From: Eubacteriales bacterium
GTDB taxonomy: Bacteria > Bacillota > Clostridia > Oscillospirales > CAG-272
Length of the DNA: 64,000 bases
Assembly (NCBI GenBank): GCA_045632565.1
Contig: JAZQWX010000013.1
Location: 678-64,677, forward strand
Direction of reading: 5' to 3'
Of this stretch, positions 47,252 through 56,191 are shown one piece after another. How positions within the stretch are numbered: position 1 is the first letter of the stretch; every line of letters begins with the position of its first letter. A model generated the notes under the pieces. That model worked only from the letters and a program-made list of their open reading frames with translations, searched no databases and was not told the DNA's origin. The position numbers and the translations under genes were made by a program.

Positions 47252-48088
47252 ATGTCTGAGAACAACAGATGCTCCTGTAACGCGGGCGGCGCCTCCGGCG
47301 GCGGAAGGGAAACCGTTTGCATCGACACAAGTCATGTGCTCGATTCTTGCCGTGACAGAGATTGCTATGAGAACGCACGCGTTTATCTCGGCAGTCGCGG
47401 TCAGGAGCTTCTTAACCGGTGCGGTGCAACCGTGCATGTTGTATGTGCCAAAATTCTTTGGACCTACATCTCGGTTGATCCGATCCAGTTTAACCGAGGC
47501 TTCTATCAGGTAACGGCCCGCTTCTATATTCAGGTGCGCCTTGAGGTCTGTGTTGGCGGTGGCAGAACGCAGGAATTCTGCGGTATCGCCGTGTTGGATA
47601 AAAAGGTCGTTCTGTACGGCGGGGAGGGCAACGTGCACATCTTCCGCAGCGATCCTGACGCCAACCGTTGCACGCCTTGGCGCGGATCGAATCATTCCAC
47701 CAATACGCCGACTGCCGTGATCGAAGCGGTAGAACCGGTTGTGCTTGGCTCACTCGTGGTAGAGCCGAACGCCTGCAACTGCCCGTGCTGCTATACCTGC
47801 TGCTCCTGCAACGATATCCCGAATGATGTTTGTGAGCTGGGCGGTGTAGAGGATCTTTCCGATCCCGATGACGGCAATCGCCTGTACGTTTCGCTTGGCC
47901 TGTTTACGGTGTTCCGCATTGAGCGGCCTGCACAATACCTGATCACCGCATCCGATTACTCTGTTCCGGATAAGGAATGTGTTTCGGGCGAGCCGAACAA
48001 TCCTTGTAGCCTCTTCCGCAATATGGCCTTCCCGACGGGAGAGTTCAACAATACCACCTCTTGCCGCGACAACGATCATCACCGTTAA
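47252..48088 (+). CDS. Hypothetical cysteine-rich protein (278 aa, 21 Cys, CNCPCCYTCCSC cluster)
   Basis: The ORF has an AGGGGG RBS. Cys residues were counted directly from the translation. There is no signal peptide or TM segment by eye, and the family was not recognised. Confidence 0.7.
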   Translation: MSENNRCSCNAGGASGGGRETVCIDTSHVLDSCRDRDCYENARVYLGSRGQELLNRCGATVHVVCAKILWTYISVDPIQFNRGFYQVTARFYIQVRLEVCVGGGRTQEFCGIAVLDKKVVLYGGEGNVHIFRSDPDANRCTPWRGSNHSTNTPTAVIEAVEPVVLGSLVVEPNACNCPCCYTCCSCNDIPNDVCELGGVEDLSDPDDGNRLYVSLGLFTVFRIERPAQYLITASDYSVPDKECVSGEPNNPCSLFRNMAFPTGEFNNTTSCRDNDHHR

Positions 48089-48089
48089 C

Positions 48090-48120
48090 AAAAAAGACCT
48101 CCCTCGGGAGGTCTTTTTTG
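48090..48120. terminator. Bidirectional intrinsic terminator between the Cys-rich gene and convergent GH116
   Basis: Stem AAGACCTCCC pairs with GGGAGGTCTT, flanked by an A-run and a T-run. Confidence 0.85.
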
Positions 48121-50655
48121 TTAACTGAACCGAACAACAAGCGATTTCTTTACCGTGCTATCCAGCAAAATACAACCGTCTTTGACACGGAATGGAGTTT
48201 TCTTGCCGTCTACCAACACAGAAGCGGCATGCTCAGCCATCTCAAGCTTCAGCTGCTTCAAGGGGAACGAGCCCTCTTCAACGGAGAGCGAAAAACGCTT
48301 GCTTGTCAAGCAAATGCTGCCCCACGCATATCCAAGCGAAAAGAAGGAACGGAAGGGGCGCTTGTCGGTGATGGGCTTAAATCCGATCTTGCCTTGTGTC
48401 ATATCAAAGGAGAAGCCCGAAAAAATAGGCAGGAAGGCGAAGGACGACATGGCGCGGGCATAGTTGCTGCCGCATTCTATCTCGCTGAAAGGATTGCGCT
48501 TTTTGCCATCGTAGCGGTCACGCACGCTCTTTGTGACCTCCTCGGCCTCCTGCAGCATCCCTTCCGAAAGCAACAGCCCTGCAAAAGCGTACTCAAAGCC
48601 TGTCATGCACTCTTCGCAATAAGAAAGAGGAATGGCGGGCTTTTTCGTACCATCCGGGTAGTCACACATCACCGTGCCGCCCTCATCTTGCAGGGCGAAC
48701 ACGCGCCACGGATTGACAAAATTCCGAAGGCTCTTTTTGTAATTGTTTCGGTAAATGGCCGAAAGAGCAGAACGGCGGTGCTCTTTATCAAAAATATCAC
48801 CAAGCCCGCAAATATTCGCATGCCATTGTGCGACGATCTGATCGATCTCGCATCCATCCCCGATCTGATATTTTAGCTCGCCGTGCTCCTCGCTCCAATA
48901 GATGTCTGCCTTGCCAAAGCGTTCCACAAGAGCGCGGTCGTGAAGATCGATCTTTTGAATGTAATATTCACCGTTGAAGAGTTCTTTTTCGGTATACTGC
49001 GAGCCTTTTTGATAAAGAGAACGGCATTTTTCGGCAAAAGCCGCATCGTTCATGCAGTCAGCCATCTCGGCAGCGGCGCAGAGGGCCGCAAGATAAAACC
49101 CCTGCAACCAGGAGGAGGGAGCAAAAAGCTCCATGTCGAGCGTGTGATGGCAGCGCCCCTCTAAAACGCCGTCGCAGTCGGCATCCCATGACCATTCGGG
49201 CTTTTCTTCTTGCTTCCAAGCAAAGGAAAGCGCCGCCTTTACCTTGTCCCACAAGGAGGCAAGCCAAGCAGTATCTCCTGAAAGCTTCCATTCACGGTAT
49301 GTTTTGATAACGCTGCCCATCTGCCCGTCTACACAAGGGAAGCGATCGGGCGCTTTTGCACCTGCCGGCAGGTCTAAACGGAAGGCCATAGCGCCGTCTT
49401 CCATCATATTGTAGCGGTATTCGTTTTCACGGACAGAGCGTTCAAGGCGCGGAAACAGAAAGGGAAGCGCATACGCGTAATTAAAGACGTGCGAGCAAGT
49501 GCCAAAGCAGCTTCCCTCGGTTTGCTGCGTCCCCTCAAAGGCCCAAAAGCTACCGTCCTCCAGACGGAAGCAAGAGGAGGATTTCAGGGTGGCAAGATTG
49601 CAAATGGCTGCCTCCTTGAAAACCGTGGGAAGCGAGGAGGAAAGCACGGCGTCGCCAAAGGCGCGCGACCTTTTGGCGAATGCATCCCAATTTTGGATGG
49701 CGTGTGCGGCACTTGCAAGAGAATTTTCCCACAAAACGGCGTAGTAGTTACGCCAGGTGAGATCCTTCCCGTTCTTATCTTGAATGGGAAGCCAATAATT
49801 ATGGCAGTTTGGTGTATTCCAGGAAAGCAGAAAACGAATGGCCTTTTCTTCCCTCGGCGAAAGTGAAAAATCCGCGCACAGGGTGGCAGTATCTGCGTCC
49901 GTGTGCTCGGTGTAGGAGCGCTCCGTCAAGCGGTTGCCGGAGGCAAATTCACGGAAAAAGGTCGTGATCCCGTCACGCCAAGTGCCACGATACCAAAAGG
50001 GCTGAACGGTTACGTGCTCTCCCAAGCAAGCCACCGTCATATCCCGGTAATCGAGTGAGTCCGTTTTCTCATCACTTTTCATAAACACGGCAGGATGGCC
50101 GAAAACGGTTTTTACCTCGTTATATCCCCGAAAGAGTCTGGACACCGAGAACGCGACGGAAAAATCCATCGGCGCATTTGCGGTATTCTTTACCGTGACC
50201 TCAAAAAACGCAGCAGGAATGCTTGAATTATCCTCGTCGAGGGGAATGAATGGGTTAAAGGCAGAAAGCGTCACAAGGGCAGGAAAATCGGGGTCAGAGA
50301 AGGAAATATCGGCAAAAGGGAAGCGGGAGTGGAATTTCCAATCGCAAAAATGCGGAAATCCGGCCATCCGTTCTTCCTCAACGCCGTAGCCGTAGCCAAC
50401 GTGCATGCCGGGACGAATATGACCGACAAGCTCCTTGTCAGCATCCCCACACAGAACGCGCGCCTGACACGTGGCGTCCTTTCCTTTTGCGCGCACGGCA
50501 AAAAAGGTGTGCCGATTCATGCTCCCCTTGGCAGGGCGATTGTTAATCTCAAAGTCCTGCAAAACGCCGTTGCCCCCAAGGCCAATACTGCCCGTTCCGA
50601 TACCGCCGAGGGGAAAGGAGATTTCCTGCGTGTGATTTTTTTGGTAGGTTTTCAT
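48121..50655 (-). CDS. GH116-family glycoside hydrolase (GBA2-like beta-glucosidase / glucosylceramidase type)
   Basis: 844 aa. The N-terminal sequence FPLGGIGTGSIGLGGNG is typical of the GH116 N-terminal domain. GGAG RBS. Confidence 0.8.
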   Translation of the reverse strand: MKTYQKNHTQEISFPLGGIGTGSIGLGGNGVLQDFEINNRPAKGSMNRHTFFAVRAKGKDATCQARVLCGDADKELVGHIRPGMHVGYGYGVEEERMAGFPHFCDWKFHSRFPFADISFSDPDFPALVTLSAFNPFIPLDEDNSSIPAAFFEVTVKNTANAPMDFSVAFSVSRLFRGYNEVKTVFGHPAVFMKSDEKTDSLDYRDMTVACLGEHVTVQPFWYRGTWRDGITTFFREFASGNRLTERSYTEHTDADTATLCADFSLSPREEKAIRFLLSWNTPNCHNYWLPIQDKNGKDLTWRNYYAVLWENSLASAAHAIQNWDAFAKRSRAFGDAVLSSSLPTVFKEAAICNLATLKSSSCFRLEDGSFWAFEGTQQTEGSCFGTCSHVFNYAYALPFLFPRLERSVRENEYRYNMMEDGAMAFRLDLPAGAKAPDRFPCVDGQMGSVIKTYREWKLSGDTAWLASLWDKVKAALSFAWKQEEKPEWSWDADCDGVLEGRCHHTLDMELFAPSSWLQGFYLAALCAAAEMADCMNDAAFAEKCRSLYQKGSQYTEKELFNGEYYIQKIDLHDRALVERFGKADIYWSEEHGELKYQIGDGCEIDQIVAQWHANICGLGDIFDKEHRRSALSAIYRNNYKKSLRNFVNPWRVFALQDEGGTVMCDYPDGTKKPAIPLSYCEECMTGFEYAFAGLLLSEGMLQEAEEVTKSVRDRYDGKKRNPFSEIECGSNYARAMSSFAFLPIFSGFSFDMTQGKIGFKPITDKRPFRSFFSLGYAWGSICLTSKRFSLSVEEGSFPLKQLKLEMAEHAASVLVDGKKTPFRVKDGCILLDSTVKKSLVVRFS

Positions 50656-50741
50656 CGTAAGCTCCGTTCGAAAGGATGTTGATCGTTTTCATTATACCGC
50701 ATAAGTCCCATTTTCGTCAATGGATAAACTCACACAAAACA

Positions 50742-50783
50742 GCGAAAAAACACAACGAAGCGGCGTGTTGCCACGCCGCTTCG
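50742..50783 (-). terminator. Intrinsic terminator ending the aldolase-SDR-PHP operon
   Basis: Stem CGAAGCGGCGTG 50756-50767 pairs with CACGCCGCTTCG 50772-50783. The plus-strand A-run 50745-50750 gives a U-run on the minus transcript. Confidence 0.8.
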
Positions 50784-50787
50784 CGGG

Positions 50788-51939
50788 TTATTCTTTTTCG
50801 TGCTCGATCAGCTTCCAGGTAGCATCGATCAAATTCGCAAACAAGGGGTTTTCCATGGCGCGAATGACAAAGCTCTGACGGGGGGAATTGATATCCTCGC
50901 CCGAGATCTGGAACATGCCGTAACGGTCACACAGACCGCGCAAGCGTTCCAGCTGTGCGGGTGTATTGCGGGTAGGCATGTAAGTAACAGCACCAACGCC
51001 CTCTTCTTTCAGACATTCAAACACGTCGTCGAGGTAATCATCCTCAAATTTTTGCGCCTTCTTGTCACCCGTAACCGAGTTTTCTACGTCGCCAAGGTAA
51101 GCGTAGCAAAGATACGCGTCGATCTCACGGCAAAGCTTGACCATATCGTGAAGCTTGGGGCACTCGTCGGTAGCATCAATGAAGATCTTGGGAACGAAAG
51201 TGCCCTTGAGCATGCCAAGCACGTCGTATTCGTAGAACGGATAAGCCGTATCCAGCAGCATGGCCTTCTGCTTTTCGGACAAATCCATGCCAAGAGAGGT
51301 CAGCTTGTCGATCATGGGCTGACCGCGGCCAACCTGCTTGACCAGCTCGATCGCCAGGGCATACATCAGGTGACGCTCGGTAACACCGCCATTGTCTTTG
51401 GCTTCGGAAAGGGGAAGAACGTCACGGTCGTAGTCAAGAGAAACACCCACCAGGCGGTTGACGTTTTCAATCATTTTGCGATTTCTTTCGTGACGGGCCG
51501 CCTGATAGGGCTTAAAGAATTCCGTCAGGGTAGCAATCTTGTCATGAGGAACGGACTGAATCGTCATGTAGGATACGCCTGCCTGATCGGGGTTGTTGGT
51601 ACGGCGTCCCTCAAGACGTGTGCCCTCCATAGAAACGCGCGCTTCCATACCGATGGTAACGGGCATGCCGACAATGGCAGCCGCTTCCAGAAATTCCTCT
51701 GCGCCGCTGATGGAGTCGTGGTCGATGATGCCGGCGGTGCATAGCCCCTCCATGCGTGCGGCATAAACGGCAGCCGTGGGGGAATACGGAGAGAAGGAAT
51801 AGGTGGTGTGGATGTGATTGTTGATGTATTGCGGTACTGCCTCCGGGAAAACGGTGGTCTTGAGTACCTCGCGCAGATTGGCAATTCGCTCCTTACGGGT
51901 AGGAGCGTTCAATTTGTTCAGAATTTCAATATCGATCAT
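50788..51939 (-). CDS. PHP-domain metal-dependent phosphoesterase
   Basis: NNHIHTTYSFS motif (PHP motif I) and later His/Asp motifs. AAGGTG RBS, 9 nt after the SDR stop. Confidence 0.75.
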   Translation of the reverse strand: MIDIEILNKLNAPTRKERIANLREVLKTTVFPEAVPQYINNHIHTTYSFSPYSPTAAVYAARMEGLCTAGIIDHDSISGAEEFLEAAAIVGMPVTIGMEARVSMEGTRLEGRRTNNPDQAGVSYMTIQSVPHDKIATLTEFFKPYQAARHERNRKMIENVNRLVGVSLDYDRDVLPLSEAKDNGGVTERHLMYALAIELVKQVGRGQPMIDKLTSLGMDLSEKQKAMLLDTAYPFYEYDVLGMLKGTFVPKIFIDATDECPKLHDMVKLCREIDAYLCYAYLGDVENSVTGDKKAQKFEDDYLDDVFECLKEEGVGAVTYMPTRNTPAQLERLRGLCDRYGMFQISGEDINSPRQSFVIRAMENPLFANLIDATWKLIEHEKE

Positions 51940-51948
51940 ATCATCACC

Positions 51949-52827
51949 TTAATTCAGCATGACCTGACCGCCGGTTACGGGGATCGCCTGACCGGTTTCG
52001 TAGGTCTGCTCTACACAGTACATAACAGCGCGCGCCACGTCGATCGGTAAACAGCCGCGGTTCATCGGCACTTTGGCCTCGTAGAAGCGACGAACGTCCT
52101 CAACCGTCTTAGCGCCGGGCACTTTGCCTGCCTGCAGATACTGTACGAACAGTCCCTTCTCGGGATCGCTCCACAGCGGGCCGTCCAGATAGTTGCCGGG
52201 GCAGATGGCGTTAACCTTGATATTGTAGGCGGTCAGCTCCAGCGCAAAGCTCTGCACCAGACCGATCGCACCGAATTTAGAGCCGGCATAGGCAAAATTC
52301 TTATTGGAGCCCTCAAGGCCGGATTTGGAGGACATAGCGATGATATCATACATAGCGGTGGGATCAGCCTCGTGCTGTGCCTGCATGATGATGGCGGCAT
52401 ATTTGGCGCAGAGGAACAGGCCCGTGTAGTTGATGGCGGTAACGAACTCAAAATCCTTCTTTTCAAAGCTTGCAATCGGGCCGGAGCGTACCACGCCCGC
52501 ATTGGCAACCATGATATCAAGACCGCCGAATTTTTCAACCGTCTGTGCCACCAGATTGGCAACGCTTTCTTCATCCGAAACGTTGACGGCAATCGCGCAG
52601 GCGCGCTCCCCCATTTCGTCTGCTACCTGCTCGGCAAGCACCTGGTTCATGTCGGCGATAACGATGGTCGCCCCTTCTTTATACAGTTCCTCAGCAATAC
52701 CCTTGCCAAAGCCCTGCGCCGCGCCGGTCACGATGGTGATCTTGCCCGCCAGGCGACCGCATCCGTTTGGTCTGTTATGTACGTTTTCTTTGGCGATCTC
52801 CTGCCACTTGGTCATATCAACACTCAT
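51949..52827 (-). CDS. Short-chain dehydrogenase/reductase, sorbitol-6-phosphate dehydrogenase-like
   Basis: TGAAQGFG cofactor motif, a YAGSK (YxxxK) catalytic motif, and strong SrlD-like C-terminal similarity by eye. Confidence 0.85.
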   Translation of the reverse strand: MSVDMTKWQEIAKENVHNRPNGCGRLAGKITIVTGAAQGFGKGIAEELYKEGATIVIADMNQVLAEQVADEMGERACAIAVNVSDEESVANLVAQTVEKFGGLDIMVANAGVVRSGPIASFEKKDFEFVTAINYTGLFLCAKYAAIIMQAQHEADPTAMYDIIAMSSKSGLEGSNKNFAYAGSKFGAIGLVQSFALELTAYNIKVNAICPGNYLDGPLWSDPEKGLFVQYLQAGKVPGAKTVEDVRRFYEAKVPMNRGCLPIDVARAVMYCVEQTYETGQAIPVTGGQVMLN

Positions 52828-52865
52828 GTTATATTCTCCTATCTCAAAGATGTTATTCTTGATGA

Positions 52866-53945
52866 TTATGCTTTCTTACCCGCAAGGGACTTGCGGTATT
52901 TTTCACTTTCCCAGTTAGCGATAAAGCTCTTGGCAGCCTCACCCATGGTGGAAAGAGGATGACCGGACGCCTTGATATGGGAAACAACGAAGACGACAGC
53001 CGTTAGGGTTTCGGCCAGAACCTGTGCTTTTTTGGCATCCATACGCATCAGCACGCGGCCGCTCTTGCTGTCCGCCACACACTGACCGTCCTCTACCGTA
53101 TCCTTATCCATAGAGAAGGTGCCGATAAGGAACACCATCTGATCGGGATACAGGGGCTGCTCGAGGAGGAACTCTTCGGTGTATTCACCGGCGGAAAGTG
53201 CTTTTGCGAGATAGGGAGTATCGGCTTCAAAAAGGCCTTCCTCAATTTCCTTGATCTTGACGGCAGGGAAGCAGTCACCCGACATGCCAAACTGCTTGGC
53301 AAGGCGCTCGTTGGCGTCGGCATGCAGGGACAGACAAACGTCGGGATCGTCATCATGGGCAATAATACCGTGATTCTGCATAATGATGATGGAGGGCACT
53401 TTGCCGGTTTCGGCCTCTACACGGCGCAGCTCGTTGCGGATGGCAAAGGTGAGGTTCGCGCCGGGATCCACGTAGGGAACCATGCCCCAGGTGTAATCGG
53501 CATCCGCAAAGGCGGCCGCACAAATATCGCGGCAGTCAACGGCACAGGCGGCCAGATTGGCATACACGCTGTGGGTGTGAATGACAAATTTTTTCAAAAC
53601 GGAATGGAAGCCTGCCTCTACGGAGGGGCGAAGCTGCGCGAGCCCATCAATGATCTTCACAGATTCCTTTGCCTTGGCAGAGCCGGCAGTTTCTACGTTT
53701 TCAAACTGCTCGGGCTCGCTTGTGAGATAGAAATTGCGAACGGCAGCACCGTCAAGCACAGCGTAAGCTTTATCCACCTCAATATCGGACAGGCAGAAGC
53801 CGGATGCCTTGATGGCCATCAAACCGTCCGCCAATTTAACAGAGGTGTTACCGCCACCGCCCTGGACGTAGTCGGCACGGGAACCGGCAACCTTTGAAAT
53901 GCGGGAAAAATCCTGCAAGAGTTTCGCATTTTCTTTAAAAAACAT
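52866..53945 (-). CDS. Class II aldolase/adducin-domain protein (resembles the N-terminal half of YuxG-type bifunctional aldolase/SDR)
   Basis: GGGNTSVK motif near the N-terminus and a His cluster (FVIHTHS). It lies upstream of the SDR gene. Confidence 0.75.
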   Translation of the reverse strand: MFFKENAKLLQDFSRISKVAGSRADYVQGGGGNTSVKLADGLMAIKASGFCLSDIEVDKAYAVLDGAAVRNFYLTSEPEQFENVETAGSAKAKESVKIIDGLAQLRPSVEAGFHSVLKKFVIHTHSVYANLAACAVDCRDICAAAFADADYTWGMVPYVDPGANLTFAIRNELRRVEAETGKVPSIIIMQNHGIIAHDDDPDVCLSLHADANERLAKQFGMSGDCFPAVKIKEIEEGLFEADTPYLAKALSAGEYTEEFLLEQPLYPDQMVFLIGTFSMDKDTVEDGQCVADSKSGRVLMRMDAKKAQVLAETLTAVVFVVSHIKASGHPLSTMGEAAKSFIANWESEKYRKSLAGKKA

Positions 53946-54090
53946 CGTACAGTATGCTCCTTTTGATTTTCATTTTGTTGGGTAAAGTGCATTTTATTTC
54001 ACTATTATTGTGATTATAACACAAATTTCAAAAAAAGTAAATAGTTATGGCGAAAAAGGTTGATGGAATATACCAAAAAACAAGGAAGCG

Positions 54091-54119
54091 GTATAAACCG
54101 AATTTGTTTGCAGATACTA
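54091..54119 (+). promoter_or_regulatory. Possible forespore (sigma-G-type) promoter for spoVT: GTATA 54091-54095, 17-nt spacer, GATACTA 54113-54119
   Basis: Matches GHATR at -35 and 6 of 7 positions of CATnnTA at -10. spoVT is sigma-G dependent in Bacillus. This rests on motif reading only. Confidence 0.3.
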
Positions 54120-54157
54120 ACGGTACAATTTTGTAAAGCAAGGAGAAATTTATATAA

Positions 54158-54712
54158 ATGAAAGCCACAGGAATTGTAAGAAGAATTGACGATCTTGGTC
54201 GTGTAGTGATCCCCAAGGAGATCCGTCGCACCATGCGTATTCGCGAGGGGGATCCGCTTGAGATCTATACAGACCGCGAGGGGGAAGTGATCTTCAAAAA
54301 ATATTCGCCCATCGGCGAGCTGGCCTCCTTTGCGGCACAGTATGCGGAAACCCTGCAAAAGACCTGCTCCATGGCGGTAGTGATCTGCGACCGCGATGCC
54401 GTGATCGCCACAGCGGGCGTTCCGCGCAAAGAATATGCAGATCGCAAAGTATCATCCGATTTTGAAGAGATAATCGAGGGCAGATCCCTGTATTCGCACA
54501 AGGAAAACACCGAACGGATTTCACTGATCGAGGATGGCGGATCACATTACGTCAGCTGTGCTATGCCGATCATTGCGGAAGGAGATGTAGTTGGTTGCGT
54601 TGCATCCGTTCTGCCGCATGATGAGGATGTACAGCAGAAAATATCCGCAGAGCTTGAAGTCAAGCTGATCCAAACGGCGGCAACCTTTCTTGGCAAGCAG
54701 CTTGAAAGCTGA
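54158..54712 (+). CDS. spoVT: Stage V sporulation protein T (AbrB-family regulator with a GAF-like C-terminal domain)
   Basis: The N-terminal MKATGIVRRIDDLGRVVIPKEIRRTMRIREGDPLEIY sequence is nearly canonical for SpoVT. Confidence 0.92.
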   Translation: MKATGIVRRIDDLGRVVIPKEIRRTMRIREGDPLEIYTDREGEVIFKKYSPIGELASFAAQYAETLQKTCSMAVVICDRDAVIATAGVPRKEYADRKVSSDFEEIIEGRSLYSHKENTERISLIEDGGSHYVSCAMPIIAEGDVVGCVASVLPHDEDVQQKISAELEVKLIQTAATFLGKQLES

Positions 54713-54750
54713 AATCGGGGGCAGAGCATAGCTCTGCCCCCGATTTTTTA
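54712..54750 (+). terminator. Intrinsic terminator after spoVT
   Basis: 16-bp stem AAATCGGGGGCAGAGC pairs with GCTCTGCCCCCGATTT, followed by a T-run. Confidence 0.88.
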
Positions 54751-54771
54751 AAAGGGTGTTTGAAAAAGGTC

Positions 54772-54800
54772 TTGCATTGTTCATGAAATACGTGTATAAT
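54772..54800 (+). promoter_or_regulatory. Sigma-A promoter for the M16-M16-lgt-folD unit: TTGCAT 54772-54777, 17-nt spacer, TATAAT 54795-54800
   Basis: Hexamers read directly from the sequence. Confidence 0.6.
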
Positions 54801-54835
54801 GATTAGGATACCATCACATAGAAATGAGGGTTTTT

Positions 54836-56191
54836 ATGGCCTTATATCGAAAGGATCTCGGCTTCGGTGTTTTTTATAACCACATCAAGACCGACGTCTT
54901 CAAAACCACTTCCTTTTCGGTGAACTTTGTTCTGCCGCACCGCCGTGAAACTGCTGCCGTGTATGCGGTTCTCCCGATCATATTACAGCGGGGCTGTCGC
55001 ACCTATCCCGACAGACGTGCCATTTCACGCCGCTTGGAGGAGCTCTACGGCACAGCACTTTCAGTGCGCTCCTATAAACGCGGCGAGCTGCGTGTTATCA
55101 ATTTTGCATTCAACACGATCAACAATGCCTATCTTCCCAAGGAAGAAAGCATTGATCTCTTCGGCGAGGTGCTTTCCTTGCTCTCGAGCATTCTGTTTGA
55201 TCCGCTTCTGGAAGAAGGACGCTTTCTGAGCACATACGTGGAAAGTGAAATCCGCAATGGCAAGGATGCTATTCGTGCAGCTATTAATAACAAAACTCGT
55301 TACGCTTTTGACCGCTGTGTGGAGCTGATGTTTGCGGACGAAGCATACGGTATTCCTGCGGATGGCTTCCTGGAAGACTACGATAAGATCACAGGGGAAG
55401 ACTTGGTGAATGCGTATCACAGTATGTTGCAGGAGTCCCGCATTGAAATTTTCTACGGTGGCAAAGAATTTCCCGAAACCGCCCAACCGCTTGCGGTGGG
55501 TTTCGTAGAGAAGATCAAGCGAAGCGAGGACGTGAAGCTGCCGCCCGTTACTGCCAACGCCGCGGTTCGGGAGGTGCGCCGTTTTGAAGAAAGCACCCCG
55601 GCCGAGCAGGGAAAGCTTGTCATGGGCTTCCGTACCCCTATTGTGGGAAACCACAGGGATATCGTTCCGTTCTTCGTTTTTAATGAGATCTTTGGCGGCT
55701 CTGCCTCTTCCAAGCTTTTCATGAACGTGCGGGAAAAGATGAGCCTTTGCTATTCCTGCTCTTCCACAGGTGATACTGCCAAGGGGGCCTTACTTGCCTA
55801 TGCGGGAATTGATAACGAAAACAAGGATGTAACCATCAACGAAATCATAAAACAGCTGGATAATGTGCGGCAGACAGATATAACCGACGAAGAAATGCAT
55901 TGTGCAAAGCAATCGCTTATTTCCGGATATCAGTCGCTTGCGGATAGCGTTTCCGCCATGGAAACCTGGTATTTACGACGCATCCTGTGCGGATACATCG
56001 AAGAGCCGGAAGACGTCATCAAAAGAATAGAATCCGTCACCAAGGACGAGGTAGCTTCGGTGGCAAAAACGGTTGCGTTGGATACGGTATATTTCTTAAA
56101 AGGAGATAAATCCAAGCTTTATAACAAGGCAGAAGAAGATGCGGAAGGAGGCGATTCTGATGAAGACAACGATTTTGGAGCATCGCAATGA
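54836..56191 (+). CDS. M16-family peptidase-like protein lacking the HxxEH zinc motif (probable non-catalytic partner)
   Basis: Second ATG (MALYRKDL...) lies behind GAGGG. It has pitrilysin-like length and C-terminal similarity. No HxxEH was seen. Confidence 0.75.
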   Translation: MALYRKDLGFGVFYNHIKTDVFKTTSFSVNFVLPHRRETAAVYAVLPIILQRGCRTYPDRRAISRRLEELYGTALSVRSYKRGELRVINFAFNTINNAYLPKEESIDLFGEVLSLLSSILFDPLLEEGRFLSTYVESEIRNGKDAIRAAINNKTRYAFDRCVELMFADEAYGIPADGFLEDYDKITGEDLVNAYHSMLQESRIEIFYGGKEFPETAQPLAVGFVEKIKRSEDVKLPPVTANAAVREVRRFEESTPAEQGKLVMGFRTPIVGNHRDIVPFFVFNEIFGGSASSKLFMNVREKMSLCYSCSSTGDTAKGALLAYAGIDNENKDVTINEIIKQLDNVRQTDITDEEMHCAKQSLISGYQSLADSVSAMETWYLRRILCGYIEEPEDVIKRIESVTKDEVASVAKTVALDTVYFLKGDKSKLYNKAEEDAEGGDSDEDNDFGASQ

